Shown here piece after piece: positions 1-14,722 of a DNA stretch of 64,000 bases. The notes under the pieces were generated by a model. The model worked only from the letters and a program-made list of their open reading frames with translations, did not search any database and was not told the DNA's origin. The stretch's first letter is position 1, and the number at the start of each line of letters is the position of its first letter. This DNA comes from Eledone cirrhosa (Eukaryota), in contig OZ024740.1 of NCBI GenBank assembly GCA_964016885.1, positions 347,572,001-347,636,000 on the forward strand, read 5' to 3'. Made by a program: the position numbers and the translations under genes.

Positions 1-591
1 TGTGATAGTTGTAGTGTTGCTGGTAGTTACTGTTATTTCTTTTTTGTTTGCATATTTTACCACGCAGTTTAGTTTTTTTGTAAATATTTCTGATTTCTAA
101 AGATTTGGGCTTTTATGAAATGTCAGGTGATTTCTCCTACCTCAAATATCTTCACCTTTATCGAGCTCTATTTCTTTTATTTTACTGATGCTGCCTTCTC
201 ACCTTTTTAATCTTCTTCACTTGAGAAATCAGACAGTGTAAACATTGTCCCCGAATATGTCTGAACTTGTCCTTGCGTGTTTCTACGAATGTTGTTTTGT
301 TCAGGAGGGCACTTTACCGTGAAATCCTTGATGTTTTTTAATGTTCCCTAACAATAGAATTAACGAAATCCATTATTTCAATTAAATATCTTTGAAACTT
401 CACATAAGTTGTTTTACACACACACTTACACGTGCAGACGGCACACTCACACTCACATACATACACAAGCACACACATAACAGCCGCACACAAATACTCA
501 CTGATACACATACACACACAATATACATATATATATATAGGAGATAACGAAACAAATCGTTTCAACAGCTAAATCTACATTTCATAGAAAT

Positions 592-628
592 ATGTCACCA
601 ATCACCGTCTTCTTACTTCTTCTTTCTG
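592..628 (+). CDS. Kazal inhibitor copy 1, first coding exon (signal peptide MSPITVFLLLLS-G)
   Basis: ATG at 592, hydrophobic run, phase-1 donor G|GTATGT at 628/629; phase matches the exon at 4775 (G+GA=Gly) and the joined sequence reads as a continuous signal peptide MSPITVFLLLLSGAVLITA. Confidence 0.8.
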
Positions 629-649
629 GTATGTATATTTTTGTATAGT

Positions 650-833
650 GAATTGCCAGTATCGGTAGAGTGTTGGACGCCACACTTTCTAGCATAGTTA
701 CGTCCCTTTACGTTCTGAGTTTAAATCCCGCCGAGGTTAACTTTGCCTTTCATCCTTACGGGGTCGATAAAATAAAGTACTAGTAATGTACTGGCTAATT
801 GCTGGCTTTGTGCCAACACTAGAAACACTTATT
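650..833 (+). mobile_element. tRNA-derived SINE (octopus-type)
   Basis: A-box-like TGCCAGTATCGG, B-box-like GAGTT(C/T)AAATCCC, body GTTAACTTTGCCTTTCATCC, (ATT)n-type tail; more than 10 copies in the window. Confidence 0.85.
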
Positions 834-1155
834 TCTTTTACGTTACTGCCAACACTGTTGTATCTCAATTTTAGACAATGCTCTTCGTTGATTCTGTCTG
901 AGCCCTAGCGCCCAATGTGTCTTGGCTTGATGTCACTAAACTAAAACCTGACACAATATATTGTTGGTGTTTTCATCATCTCAAATATGCATCCAAAGCA
1001 AAGAATTGATTGTCTTCATTCCTAATGTCCGAATAATTTCAGCAGGTGGGCCAATGTCCTTAATCAGAACCAAATGATCTACACTCGGTCAGATTGATAT
1101 ATATCCAATTTTCTGTGGTTTCTAACTCCCTCCTGTCTCTCTCTCACTCTCTCTC

Positions 1156-1536
<381 letters not shown>

Positions 1537-1537
<1 letters not shown>

Positions 1538-2444
1538 TAGCAGTGGTACCCGGCGTTACACGGGATAAGATATTTTGGAACGCCGGCCGCCAACAGACCT
1601 AATCGGGGAAAAACTTCATGACTAGACAATTTGTAAAGAAAATAAACCGAATACACTGATGGCTGGACAATCTTTAAGATGTTCCTCGATGAAGCAGGAA
1701 AAATGCAGGTTTTCACCTAATGCGGGTCCTAGGGGATCAAGAAAATGAATTTTTTTTATCAGCATAAAATGCCTTGAAATTTCGGGAAAATCGACTAGAA
1801 CGTAACGCCTCAAAAAAGCCCTAAAGATCTGAAAAAATGAAGTTTTTCACCTAATGCGGGCCCTAGGCCATAAAAAGTGGGATTTTCTGTGTTCACTGTA
1901 TGAAGAAGAGACTGCCTAATACATAGTTACAATTTTAAGGAAATCGGTCTGACGTAATGTCTCAAAGCACCCCTAGAAAGCTGAAAAAACGCAGATTTTT
2001 TACCTAATGTGGGCGCTAGGGGATCAAAAAGTAGAATTTGTTTATGTGCACAACACTCCCTCAAACATAAGTAATACACATGTAAAGGTTGAAAAAAGTC
2101 GGTTGGGTACTTCTCGTGTTTTAGGGATTCAAACTCACAGACACAGACACAGACACACACACAGACATCCTCATTGAAGTGACGTAATGCAGACAGCCAG
2201 ACATACAGACAGATATTATAAGGGTGCGACGTTATATGTATGTATCTAAAAAGAGAAAGACTAAGAATCATAGAGAGATCATTAAACCGTCTAATGGGGT
2301 CGCTAGGACATTGAAAATTTGAAATTTGTTTTGCTCAAACACGCCCCGAAACATAAGTATTACATGTGTAAAGTTTGAAAAGAGTTGGTTGGGTGTTTCT
2401 TGAGTTTTAGGGATTCAAACTCACACACACACAGACATCCTCAG

Positions 2445-2455
<11 letters not shown>
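1537..2455 (-). mobile_element. Non-autonomous Helitron
   Basis: Minus-strand 3' end CCCG-loop-CGGG hairpin followed by CTAG|T; internal (CA)n/CAGA microsatellites and subrepeats; homologous copy at 20957-21895. Confidence 0.7.
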
Positions 2456-2482
<27 letters not shown>

Positions 2483-3829
2483 AGACTTTGGGAGGATCAT
2501 GTTGCCAATAAGAAACACACGCACCAACAGTTTCACTTCAATTTATTATAATAAATTTATAAATTTAGGAATTTATAAATTTCCGGTTGGTTGGTTGGTT
2601 GGTTTCACAACCAGATGGTTGTGGAACCAACCAACCAACCGGAAATTTATAAATTTATTATAATAAATTGAAGTGAAAGCAACTGGTGCGTGTGTTTCTT
2701 GTTGGCAACATGACCCTCCCAAAGTATAACAATATCGGTTTCAACACATGTTTTCAGGTAAAGAATCTTGCTATATATATATATCATACTGCTAAATACA
2801 TAATTATGAACCACCCATTCATACATATGTTTAAATGGTCATATGGTGTGTGTTCAGATAAGCGGTTTCCTGATACCTGATATTGTGAGTTGGTAATCTT
2901 ACTCATTTTTTCGCAATTTCTTCGTGTATTATTGTTGCTATTATTATTATTGTTGTATTGTAAAAACGTTTAAGAAATTTAAATAAATGGGGTATAAACT
3001 TGTGAAACAACCCTTGAAATACTAGATAGGCTGTCTTTTCTTTTTTTTATTTTTAGAGTTTCATTTGTTTTCTTAGTTTAATATAGTACAGTACATTATT
3101 GTTCGTGAATATTTATGTGTGGGATACGGGATTGTGCCAAGGGCATATGACCGAACGCCTAAGAGATTCACTTCTTATTTCCATGCTTCCATGTTCAGAT
3201 CGGCCTAAGACACTTGAAACTATATAGCCGGTAACTCTATATTGTGGAAGCCCATTGTGTGGATTCTGCTACATAGAGATACGCTTCATCTGTTTGAATA
3301 TTACATTTAGATTATACATAGACACAGAGAATGCTCAGTCGTATGCCCCATTTTACAATGACTACATAATATAGGTAGATATAATTCATTATCATAATGT
3401 AATGGTTATGTTACTATTGTTTAATCATAAGTTAGTCCCATTGAATCAGAACTTCGATCAAAATCATTGCAGCCGTGATCGCCCCATCATTTTGTCCGAC
3501 ACGTAGAGTAATGCCACTATTAATTGTGATGCCACTATTGATTTTGATACCACTGTTGATTGTAACTGAGTCTCGTTTGGGTACTTTTTTAAGCTGTCTC
3601 CGGCTGATACTGATCCACATAACTTTTATGTTGTGGGTCACAGGTGTTGCACGGGTGTGGCTCAAAAATCTTGTAAATTCATGTGGGAATTCTCTAACTT
3701 TATCACATGCTAGTCTTTGCAAAATCTTATTTTGACTGCTTTCAAATATTCTGTCTGACTGGCGAAAATCTTTGTTTATTTTGTTGGAATTTACACTATG
3801 TAAATGTAAACTATTATTTATTATTTAGA

Positions 3830-4018
3830 GCGGTGAATTGGCAGTATCGGTAGAAGGTTGGACGCCATGTTTTCTAGCATAGTTACGTACCTTTACAGTC
3901 TGAGTTCAAATCCCGCCGAGGTTAACTTTGCCTTTCCTCCTTACGGGGTCGATAAAATAAAGTACCAGTAATGTACTGGTTTATTGCTGGCCTTGTGCCT
4001 AAAGTAGAAACAATTATT
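3830..4018 (+). mobile_element. tRNA-derived SINE
   Basis: Full-length copy of the same family; absent at the homologous site in unit 2 (~23478). Confidence 0.85.
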
Positions 4019-4267
4019 TATATGTATTTTAGAGATTTTCACTTTTAGCACTAATCATCATCAACATCATCATCATCATCATCACATACACCACAACCAT
4101 CATCATCACCACCATCATCATCATCACTACCACTATAATCATCATCACCGCCATCTTCACAATCATCATCACCATCATCATCACCATCATTATCACCATC
4201 ATTATCACCATCATCATCACCATCATCATGATATTCATCATTCCATAATCATCATTATTATTATTTT

Positions 4268-4546
4268 GGCAGTATCGGTAGAGGGTCGGACGCCATGCTT
4301 TGCAGCAAAGAGTTACGGCCCTTTATGGTCTGAGTTCAAATCCCGCTGAGGTTAACTTTGCCTTTCATCCTTATGGAATGATGAATATCATGATGATGGT
4401 GATGATGATGGTGATAATGATGGTGATAATGATGGTGATTATGATGGTGATGATGATTGTGAAGATGGCGGTGATGATGATTATAGTGGTAGTGGTGGTG
4501 ATGATGATGATGATGATGGTGGTGATGATGATGGTTGTGGTGTATG

Positions 4547-4593
<47 letters not shown>

Positions 4594-4690
4594 TTGATGA
4601 TAATGATGATGTTGATTAGTGCTAAAAGTACCAGTAATACACTGGGTTATTGCTGGCCTTGTGCCAAAAGTAGAAACAATTATTATTATT
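4268..4690 (+). mobile_element. SINE interrupted by an inverted copy of the adjacent (CAT)n region
   Basis: SINE 5' part 4268-4375 and 3' part ~4625-4690 flank the reverse complement of ~4043-4247. Confidence 0.85.
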
Positions 4691-4774
4691 GCAATACAAA
4701 TTATAAGAATGAGAAAGCGGACGATTTTATTTTCAAAAAGGTTACTTATAATGTATGGTTTCGTCCATGAACAG

Positions 4775-4910
4775 GAGCTGTCTTGATCACTGCTACAACA
4801 CAAAAACTTCCTAGATGTGAGGTATGGTGTTTAGATATTTGTGAACCGATATGTGGCACTGACGGCATCACTTATCTAAACGCCTGCATGTTGGAAAAGA
4901 ATATTTGCTT
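4775..4910 (+). CDS. Kazal inhibitor copy 1, exon 2 (AVLITATTQKLPRCEVWCLDICEPICGTDGITYLNACMLEKNIC)
   Basis: ACAG acceptor 4771-4774, GTAAGT donor 4911; Kazal signature C-x7-CG[ST]DGxTYxNxCxLxxxxC. Confidence 0.93.
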
Positions 4911-5007
4911 GTAAGTATAGGATCTTCATATGTAGACGCAAACACATTTATGTGGGAGGTGTAGAGGAAAGGTGCCTTTCGATTCACATAAGTAGACAGA
5001 AGTTGCA

Positions 5008-5087
<80 letters not shown>

Positions 5088-5108
5088 GCATGTATCTATA
5101 TATATACT

Positions 5109-5738
<630 letters not shown>

Positions 5739-5763
5739 TTACTTTAATTATTTTACTTACATT

Positions 5764-5866
5764 CGAGGTTAACTTTGCCTTTCATCCTTACGGGGTCGAT
5801 AAAATAAAGTACCAGTAATGCACTGGATAATTGCTGGCCTTGTGCCAAACGTAGAAACAATTATTT
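5764..5866 (+). mobile_element. 5'-truncated SINE
   Basis: 3' half of the SINE consensus; shared with unit 2 (26557-26851, two tandem copies there). Confidence 0.8.
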
Positions 5867-6025
5867 TACTATCTAATTGTGATGAAATAGTAAATTAATA
5901 GTTACTTATATATTTTTCAAAAATATTTATTTTGTATGTGTTTGAGTGTGTGTGTTTGTGGCCGTTTGTGTGTGACCATGGGCATCTAATCATGTTACCG
6001 TTTGTTGCTTTTTTTTTAATTACAG

Positions 6026-6098
6026 AGAAACAACATTGCCGAATGTCGTAAAGAAACATGATGGTATTTGCAACGGTAGCGACTTCCGATGTCCGTGA
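6026..6098 (+). CDS. Kazal inhibitor copy 1, exon 3 (LETTLPNVVKKHDGICNGSDFRCP*)
   Basis: Poly-T tract plus TACAG acceptor, phase 2 matches exon 2, HDGxC Kazal terminal motif, TGA 6096-6098. Confidence 0.9.
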
Positions 6099-6122
6099 AC
6101 ATTTTCGAAGTTATGATATATA

Positions 6123-6128
6123 AATAAA
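6123..6128 (+). terminator. Polyadenylation signal of Kazal copy 1
   Basis: AATAAA about 25 nt after the stop, further AATAAA nearby; conserved in copy 2. Confidence 0.65.
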
Positions 6129-6854
6129 AAGAATGAATAAATAAACTGCTTTTGTTCTTTATAAATCTAAGTAAAATTTATCTATTTGCAAATTGCGTTT
6201 AAAATATCATAAAGTAATACGTTAAAGGACAAATAAAAAGGAAGATAGAAATATGGGATGGGAAAGCTCTACGTTCTTGGAGAATTTGACAAAAGCGTTT
6301 CCTTGGAAAAGATTTAAGAGAACCAACTTCATCAGCTATTTCACCTCAGGAGGCTCCTTACTCAGTTATGGTGCACTCGTTCCAATATTGCGGGGTAAAC
6401 AACTGTCCGGGAACATGGAAGAGCTCAATGGCGGCTTGCATGTGAACGGTGGACCCTAAATTTCGGGCCGAAGTGATTAGGGTTGCATTGAAGAGATGGG
6501 ACGTTCTAGGTGAGGGATTTACCTCCCTGAAACGGGAAAATGGTAGTCTCATTAAGCCAAGACACACGGTAACTCGGATATGAGTTTACTCAACGTGAAA
6601 TATGTGAAGTAAACTGGAAAGTGGTATCTGAGATATTCAGAGTATTCTGACAAGAGAAATACAGCAAAGTTAAGTAAAATTCAGGTTCCATAATAGGAGA
6701 CATTATAACACCAAATAAAGACAGCGTCGTATTATAACAAGGAATAGATGTAACAAAACAAAAAAAAGTATCAGTGGGGTTAATTGAAATTACGAATCCT
6801 TTTGTGTCGTTGATGATAGAATGTGTACATAATCAGGCAACATACAGACATACA

Positions 6855-7322
6855 CGATGGCTGCAAACTCTGCTAAGAGTATTACAATCGCATGTCAGAT
6901 TACAGAGTTCATTGCACTTTTAGGCTACGGCCAGCCATACGAACCCGTAACAGATTCTCCACAAGTGAAGCCTACGCTTTGAAGGTTTTTTTAAAGTAGG
7001 TAAAGGCTTGCACTCGACCAATCCCACTCTCTGAGCATCGAAAAAACTACCCGATAAGGAGAACTGGTCAACATCATCAGATGCTTCCGAAGCTGCAGAT
7101 TTGTTTTCAGAGTTTCCCTCTCTTAAAAAGGTATTGTGACAACAACTGGGGGTGTTACACACCCACGAGAAAAAAAAGTATTAGTTGCATGGCCGTTGAC
7201 ACCAAATATCCCCCTGCTCACCAAGCAAGCGTGCTGAGGTTGCCGGATTAGTCGCAGACGTCCCAACCCTGAGACAAGTAGTACTGGGTTACAGGTTACT
7301 TGTAGCACTCGAGAGAGACCTA
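6855..7322 (-). mobile_element. Bipartite non-autonomous RTE-derived element
   Basis: Shares head (AGGTC...GGTAAC.TGTA.CCCAGTAC) and tail (GCAGCCATC-GTATG) with 14117-14722; duplicate at 28313-28773. Confidence 0.6.
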
Positions 7323-7539
7323 ATATACATACACACACAGACACACACACACACACACACATACAATGGGAGATTAATTCAGGTATAAATTTGATACTTG
7401 AAAAGAGAAAAAACATGACAATATTAAACAAAAACCAAAGAAAGAAACTCTGCTAACGAGGATATCGTTGGAGACGTCTACGACCAATTAAAACCCTATA
7501 TTTTGTGTAAACAAGAACAAAACAACTACACTCCTCATC

Positions 7540-7631
<92 letters not shown>

Positions 7632-7929
7632 AATAAAATAGAAATGTATCACTTATGATGTCACAGATGTTTACGAAAGAACTCTGAGAGACTATATTTA
7701 TATCGATATTTACTCATTTAATGATAAACATTGATTGCTAGCTGAATTAACCATAGAGATATTAAATATACTGAATCGAAACCCAGCCCAAACCAAACAG
7801 TAAGTGTGTTTCAATATATATTTCTGGCAATATTATAACAACATCACCCTCCCCAAATATAACAATATTTGTTTCAATATATTTGTTTCAACGATTTCAT
7901 ATCAAAAACCTTGCAAAACAAATTCATCG

Positions 7930-8430
7930 CCGATATTTGGAGAGAGTGCAAGTAAAACTCTTCAGTACAGGTTGATCACCCTGACAGAAGAATTGAGAGT
8001 TGTCAGCGAGAAACTCCGATATCAGAACAGAGTTATTGGAAGGAAATCAGTCTATAGATCTGAGATGCAAATCAATAAATCTCAACGAGACATCGTACCA
8101 AGGAAATAGATTCATTCTAGAGGAAAAATGGGATGAGAAAAATAATGTCAACCAAGATGCAATGTGGTTAAAAGATATCCGAACGAACTATTAGCCCTGG
8201 ATTATACCAAACATTTACAGCATCATGATACACTTGGGTCTGTGTCTGAAAATCTTCAAGGTAACAAAGCACCAGGAAGAGATTTGCTTGTCGGCTAATG
8301 GTACGAAATGTGACTTTCTATCGGGTGTATCTTATCAACCTCTACCAATAAACTTTCTGTTTGATATTAGCAGAGATGAGATTGATTCCCCAAAATAAAA
8401 ATACCTACTTAGCAACTCGACTCGTGACAA
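7930..8430 (+). mobile_element. Degenerate R4/Dong LINE fragment
   Basis: TLQYRLITL...ELR and KAPGRD motifs homologous to 33600-34100. Confidence 0.7.
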
Positions 8431-8639
8431 CGTACATCGTGAAGAGGTTATAATAAGGATACTGGCAGGCCAAAGGGATTGGTAGAAATAGCAGCTCGTT
8501 TGGTCTAAAATAAAGCAGTTGTACTAAAATATAATGCTAGTAGCAGAAGTACTTAAGATTTTGATTAATATATATTGACGTTTTTTTACACTTGAATTAG
8601 TGTATATGTGTATATATGTGTGTGTGTGTGTGTGTGTGT

Positions 8640-8671
<32 letters not shown>

Positions 8672-9018
8672 GTGTGTATATATATATATATATGTATCCT
8701 CGATATAAATACCCCCTCCGGCTCCGTGGTATTTTTTTCAGGGTTATAAGGGGCTTAGCTCTGTTTCTTGACCGTTGTATCACGTGACTGACTCCCCCTC
8801 TGCCTTTTGGGATTCTATCTCACATCTTATAGACGTGTTCTTGAGGCTAGTAAAATGAGGTATCCTCTTGATAAGTCGGCAGACCTCACAAAGGCTCTAT
8901 ATATCTATGATGTATTGTTTTTGATTATGCCACGAAACTACGTAGTCGAGGAATCTAGAGGCAGTTTAGGTATGATACATCTTATTACTAATTATATCTA
9001 AATGTTTCTTCTCTCTTC

Positions 9019-9071
<53 letters not shown>

Positions 9072-9113
9072 TCACACGCACACTTGTATACATATATATA
9101 TACACACACACAC

Positions 9114-9151
<38 letters not shown>

Positions 9152-9334
9152 TCACACGCACACATGTATACATATATATATATATATATATATATTAGTA
9201 TCAGTTCTGTGAAATACCGATGTCTGTATAGTATATTTTATAATATACTGTATGTTTATTTAAACATATTTTGAAGAGCATTCGCTATAAGTTTTTAAGT
9301 AAGTGACTACGTCACTTACTTAGTCTTGGCAAAG

Positions 9335-9416
<82 letters not shown>

Positions 9417-10167
9417 ATATATATATATAAGGAAGCAACCTTAGATAACCCTGACACACGGTACTAGAGCCAGCTTCCGGCCTTATGTTTAGATTGATCC
9501 TATTTAACTCTGATTTCGCCACATTCGCCGAAATGAGCGAAAGGAGGATTGTTTAGAACAAAGGTTCTCAACCCTTTTCTGCCAAACGCCCCCTTTCGCC
9601 CCTTGAAATCACGAAAGGCCTATTTTTTCATTTTTCAATATACTACTGATTTTGATATCAGTAGCTTACTGGGCCAAATCAAGTTATGTTAGAATCTTTA
9701 AAAAAATCTTTATAAAATACTCGTACGAATTAAATTCAAAAAGGTTTCAGTCTAAAACAAAAGCAAGCTATTTCAAATTATATATTTTTGAAAAATAGAC
9801 GTGAATGTTCTCAAAGATTTGATCTCAGTCGAAAAAGCTTGTTTTTTTTAAATTCTATATTTCACTGTTAGCTGTTGTAACATTTTAAGTGGATAGACAA
9901 TTCTACAATTCAAACTGTAAAGTCAAAATACGAAAGATGCAAAACATGAAGAATTTCTTACCTTTCTCTGGAATCACAAACTCAAGGGAAAAATAGTACC
10001 TTGGGAAATAAAGTACCTCGATCACAAACTTAGTTGCAACGAATGAATTGAGATGCTTAGTGACAGTGAGCTAACAATATCTGTATCCCTTTTATATGTA
10101 TATATATATATACATAGATAGATACGCACACACATACGTGCAAGCAAGCAAGCGCACAAACACTGAC

Positions 10168-10245
<78 letters not shown>

Positions 10246-10367
10246 TCTTTATAGTACAAAAAGAATTTTCTCTCCAGTTTTTATTGCCGAGTCAAAGGCC
10301 ACTGCGCTTTTCAACAACGTCAAATAACAACGCCAAAAAATATATAGAGAAATATATAAAGAGAGAA

Positions 10368-10402
<35 letters not shown>

Positions 10403-10406
10403 GAGG

Positions 10407-10484
<78 letters not shown>

Positions 10485-10654
10485 GAGACAAAAAGAGAAA
10501 CTGAGAGAGTAAGAAATGTGTGTGTGTGTGTATTTGGTACACGTCTATCTATCTTTCCATCTATCTCTCCAGCAGGCGGCTCAAACATGCGGCCCGCGAA
10601 CTACTTTTCTATGGCCCGTGGTAGAACGAATATTTCAGATTCCATTATAACTGG

Positions 10655-11072
10655 TGGATTGGCAGTATCGGTAGAGAGTCGGACACCATGCTTCCCAGCA
10701 TAGTTACGTCACTTTAAGGTCTGAGTTCAAATCCCGCCGAGGTTTACTTTGCCTTTCATCCTTACGGGGTCGATAAAATAAAGTACCAGTAATACACTGG
10801 GTAATTGTTGGCCTTGTGCCTAAAGTAGAAACAATTATAACTGGCGAAAATAAGGCGGTGAGCTGGTGGAGTCGTTAGCACATCTGGCGAAATGCTTAGC
10901 GGTACTTCTTCCGTTTTTACGTTCCGAGTTCAAATTCCGCCGATCTCAACTTTGCCTTTCATCCTTTTGGAGTCGATAAATAAAGTACCAGTTGTGAACT
11001 GGTATCAATGTAATCGACGAGACCCTAAACCTCAAATTCCAAGCCTTGTGTCTATAGTAGAAATAATTATAC
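10655..11072 (+). mobile_element. Two adjacent SINEs (second is a divergent subfamily)
   Basis: First copy flanked by direct repeat ATTATAACTGG (putative target-site duplication); second begins GGCGGTGAGCTGG. Confidence 0.8.
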
Positions 11073-11168
11073 CTGGTAAAAATCATCACCCACCACCACG
11101 TTTGGCCCACTGTGCCTCTCATCCAGGACGTAATGGCCCTTTTATGTCTTTGAATTTGAGACCCCTCT

Positions 11169-11210
<42 letters not shown>

Positions 11211-11482
11211 TGTATATATATATACACTTTACTTTTTTTCGGTTTCTGGACTGCGCCCATGCTGGAGCATCACCTTGGTAAGTTATGGGGACGTCAACAA
11301 ACCAACAAGTATTGGTGGGAATGCAAACACAAACGCAAAGACACACACCGACATATATACATATATACGACGCGCTTCTTTTTGTTTCGGTCTATCAAAT
11401 CCACTCACTGGGCTTTGGTCGGCCCGGGCAGTGGGACTGAACCCGGAAACATGTGGTTGGGAAGCAAGCTTCTTGTCACACA

Positions 11483-11514
<32 letters not shown>

Positions 11515-11663
11515 GCGTCAGGGGCGAATGCGTGCATGCAACGCGTACAGTGCATGGGTTATAGAATCTTGAGTTGATCAATTGCGTCGTTTGAAGCAAG
11601 CAGGATTTTAACTGCTTACTAAATCGTAGAAACATAAATAGATAACACACACACACACACATA

Positions 11664-11717
<54 letters not shown>

Positions 11718-11792
11718 AACACACGACAGCGTCGTTTGAAGCAAGCAGAATTTTGGCTACTCACTTGATCGTAGATACATAAAAAGATAACT

Positions 11793-11823
<31 letters not shown>

Positions 11824-12506
11824 ACACTAGATAACACTACATGCGGCTTTGACCGGGGAGGGTCATTTAGAGGGTATGAGGGGGGGGGGGGGGTAAGGCT
11901 GCACAGCCCCACTTTCCGCATGCCCTGCTTTCCATGTTACCCTTCGCCACTGGTGTATTGGTGTATGTGTGTGTGTGTGTGTATTATCAAATTGACAATG
12001 AAAATAAAAAGAACAAAGTCAAGTTACTTTATAACTTTGTTTTTATTTTGTTGTTTTTTTATTTTTATTGTTAATTTAATACCTAATATCTGACTCTGTA
12101 TCTAAAGAATTAATTCAGCGAAACACAGAACCTCTCTATGGATTTTAAAAAATTACATTGCGTTCTTCTACGGTACCGACCCTACCACCAGAGGTAGACC
12201 AGACTGAAAAAAGAAAAAAATATATATATGTATGTGTGTCTGTGTGTGTATAATATATATATATATATAAATCTATATACATACATATATACATACATAC
12301 ATTTACGTATGTATATAGCTATGCATTTATACATCTGTATAAATACATGCATTCATATATGTGTAAGGATATTGACGTGATTTTTTTTTTTTTTGTAAGT
12401 AGAGAATTTTGCCTCCAGATTTTATTACCTAGGGAGATTAAATACCATAGCATTTCAACCTCATCAAAGACCAACGCTGGCCTATGTGTGTGTATATGTA
12501 TGTATG

Positions 12507-13891
12507 TTCTTCTGGTTATATAATTTCACAAAGTTTTACCAATAGAGAGAGAGTCGGTTTCTAACATAGACACAAGACTCTCTCATTGGAATTTACACAT
12601 CAACTAGGTAGATATGTATGTATGCATGCATGTGTAGATATGGATGTTATTGTATGTGTGGATGTGGATGTGTTGAGTTGTATGTGTGCATGTGTATGTG
12701 CTTTGTATCTGTACATGTGTATATGCAGTTATTAGATGCAACATTTTTGGAATGTTTTACATATTTTTATTGTTCCATTAATGGATTGTACTTGTAGTTT
12801 CCTAACTAGTTGTGTTCTTTCTGTTCCTGTGAAGCCTAGCTTCTCAAGATTTGTATTGAAGCAGTTACTAAGATATCCCTGTTCCCTAGCAATCACAGGC
12901 ATAAATCTGAAGGTGTAATCAGGGTGGAGTATCTGCAGATTTCTCATCAGTTCTGCATAAATATTCTCCTTTTCACTAATCTTTGATATTATTTTGGCAT
13001 CTGCTGGGCAGCTAATTTCCACTCCTGTGCATGTTTTCTTCTCCCTGTCCAATATCATAATATCTGGTCTGTTATGTCTGCATTTTATTGGGGTTTTTAC
13101 TGGAACATTCCACCACTACTCTTTCATATTATGTACATGGGTGTCTTCCACATTGTTGTAGCTTTTAATGTGTTTATTATCGGGGCTATTTTTTTTACGA
13201 ACTGCATTGTACAGTGTTTTGGCCATAACATCATGCCTTATAGGTAGATAATACCGCGATGACATCTTTGGACAGCTGCTGATGACATGGGTGATATCCT
13301 CGATGTTAGTTCTGCAGAGTCTGTATTTGTTATCACATCTAGATGTTTTTCCTGCATCCCTATCTCTTTTGTGAATCAGGTATTTCGTGGTAATCTGTTC
13401 TTGGATTGCAAAAGCGTATCCTTCAAAGTGGGAGCCAATATAGCGGTTGTTGGTCCAAGATAGACTACTTTCCTTATCTATATTACTCTCACACTGGAGC
13501 TTCCTGGCAACATATCCATGCATGACTTTTTGCTGATAGGCTTGCAGTTTTTCATCCATGGATTCACTGCGATACTGATGAACGACATCTCTCTGTATGA
13601 GTTTTTGATTATCACTCAGGGAATATCTCTCAAGGAATTCCTTCCCAGCTCTCATGATCTTATCTGTGTCATGCAGATAGACTTGCTCGAGAAGCGGGCT
13701 CCTACGCTTCGAGGTTCGTAGATGTTGTCGGATAGATATGATGCGACATTCAAATGTTGTCTGGACTGATGTTAGGCCTCTGCCTCCCTGTTTACGTTTC
13801 GAGTAAAGGCGGTCTATGTCACTGTTGATGTGAAAGTTTCCGGTGTTGTTCAGTATTTTTCGAGTTCCAACATCAACTGCTCGGATTTCGT
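12507..13891 (-). mobile_element. 5'-truncated R4/Dong-type (restriction-like endonuclease) LINE
   Basis: KQGGRGL motif, degenerate CCHC knuckle (RLC...HVISSC), RHD, RPDI and EISCP endonuclease motifs; 3' UTR ending CCAGAAGAA-(CATA)n. Confidence 0.9.
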
Positions 13892-14116
13892 ATGTATGTA
13901 TATACACATGTACATATGAATGTATATGTCAATATACATGGGTGTATGTATATGCGCGGGGACATAGAACAAGTCGGGCTGGACACCCGATTGCGCGGTT
14001 AAACCACTGGGAGTGAAGGACCCCCTAGCATTTGTCAGGGCATTCTCCTAGGAGAAGGCAATTCAGGAAACTGGGAAAACTCCGATGTATGTATGTATGT
14101 ATGTATGTACGTTTAT

Positions 14117-14722
14117 GTCAGGTCACCACTTGGTGCTACTGGTAACATGTATCCCAGTACAACCTGTCTCATGGTCGGGTCGTTGGCGACTAAACTGGCA
14201 ACCCCACCAAGGTTTCTTGGTGATGAGGGTGACTTTGGATATCCTGCAGGACTAAAAACAAAACGTGTCAAAGGGCAGAGGAACTCATAAGTGTCAATGG
14301 CCATACAAAATCACCGGGAGAGATGACCACTTAGCCTTTATCAAGGCAGAATTCTAGGAGAAGTAAAAGTCTGATATAACACTTGCAACCCTGATGGTAT
14401 CCAATAATGTTGACTTCTTCTTCTTTTTGGTAAATATCATCTTGGTTAAGAGAGTGGGATTGGCTTTGTGCAGTGCCTTTGCTCACTATAAAAGCTTCAC
14501 AGCACAGGCATTGCTTTGTATCTGGAGATCTCTCTGCACTTGTCGTCACATGGTACCATGTACACTATGTGTCAATAATTGTCACAAGTGTAGTGTTTGT
14601 GCCAGAGTTTTCAAGTCGCTGGCTGGACTAAAAAGTCACACTCGTTCAACGCATCGGTAGGGGTTCTCCTACATGGATATAAAGTAGTGGCCGTACTCGA
14701 AAACGAGTTGGCAGCCACCATG
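14117..14722 (+). mobile_element. Bipartite RTE-derived element retaining the ORF C-terminal C2H2 finger
   Basis: HKCSVCARVFKSLAGLKSHTRSTHR* followed by a short 3' UTR GGCCGTACTCG...CGAGTTGGCAGCCACCATG and a TATG-type tail. Confidence 0.65.

Noticed and set aside
650-735. tRNA gene
   Set aside because: A/B boxes belong to a multi-copy SINE head; no cloverleaf
3432-3735. Overlapping ORFs on both strands with an INSGIT-like 18-bp repeat, conserved at 23108-23411
   Set aside because: Intronic; conservation matches the general duplication identity; no recognisable domain or splice structure
4029-4803. Poly-Met and poly-His ORFs
   Set aside because: Translations of the (CAT)n microsatellite and its inverted copy
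14394-14660. C2H2 zinc finger as a host gene
   Set aside because: Single finger followed directly by an RTE-type 3' tail, inside a repeated element
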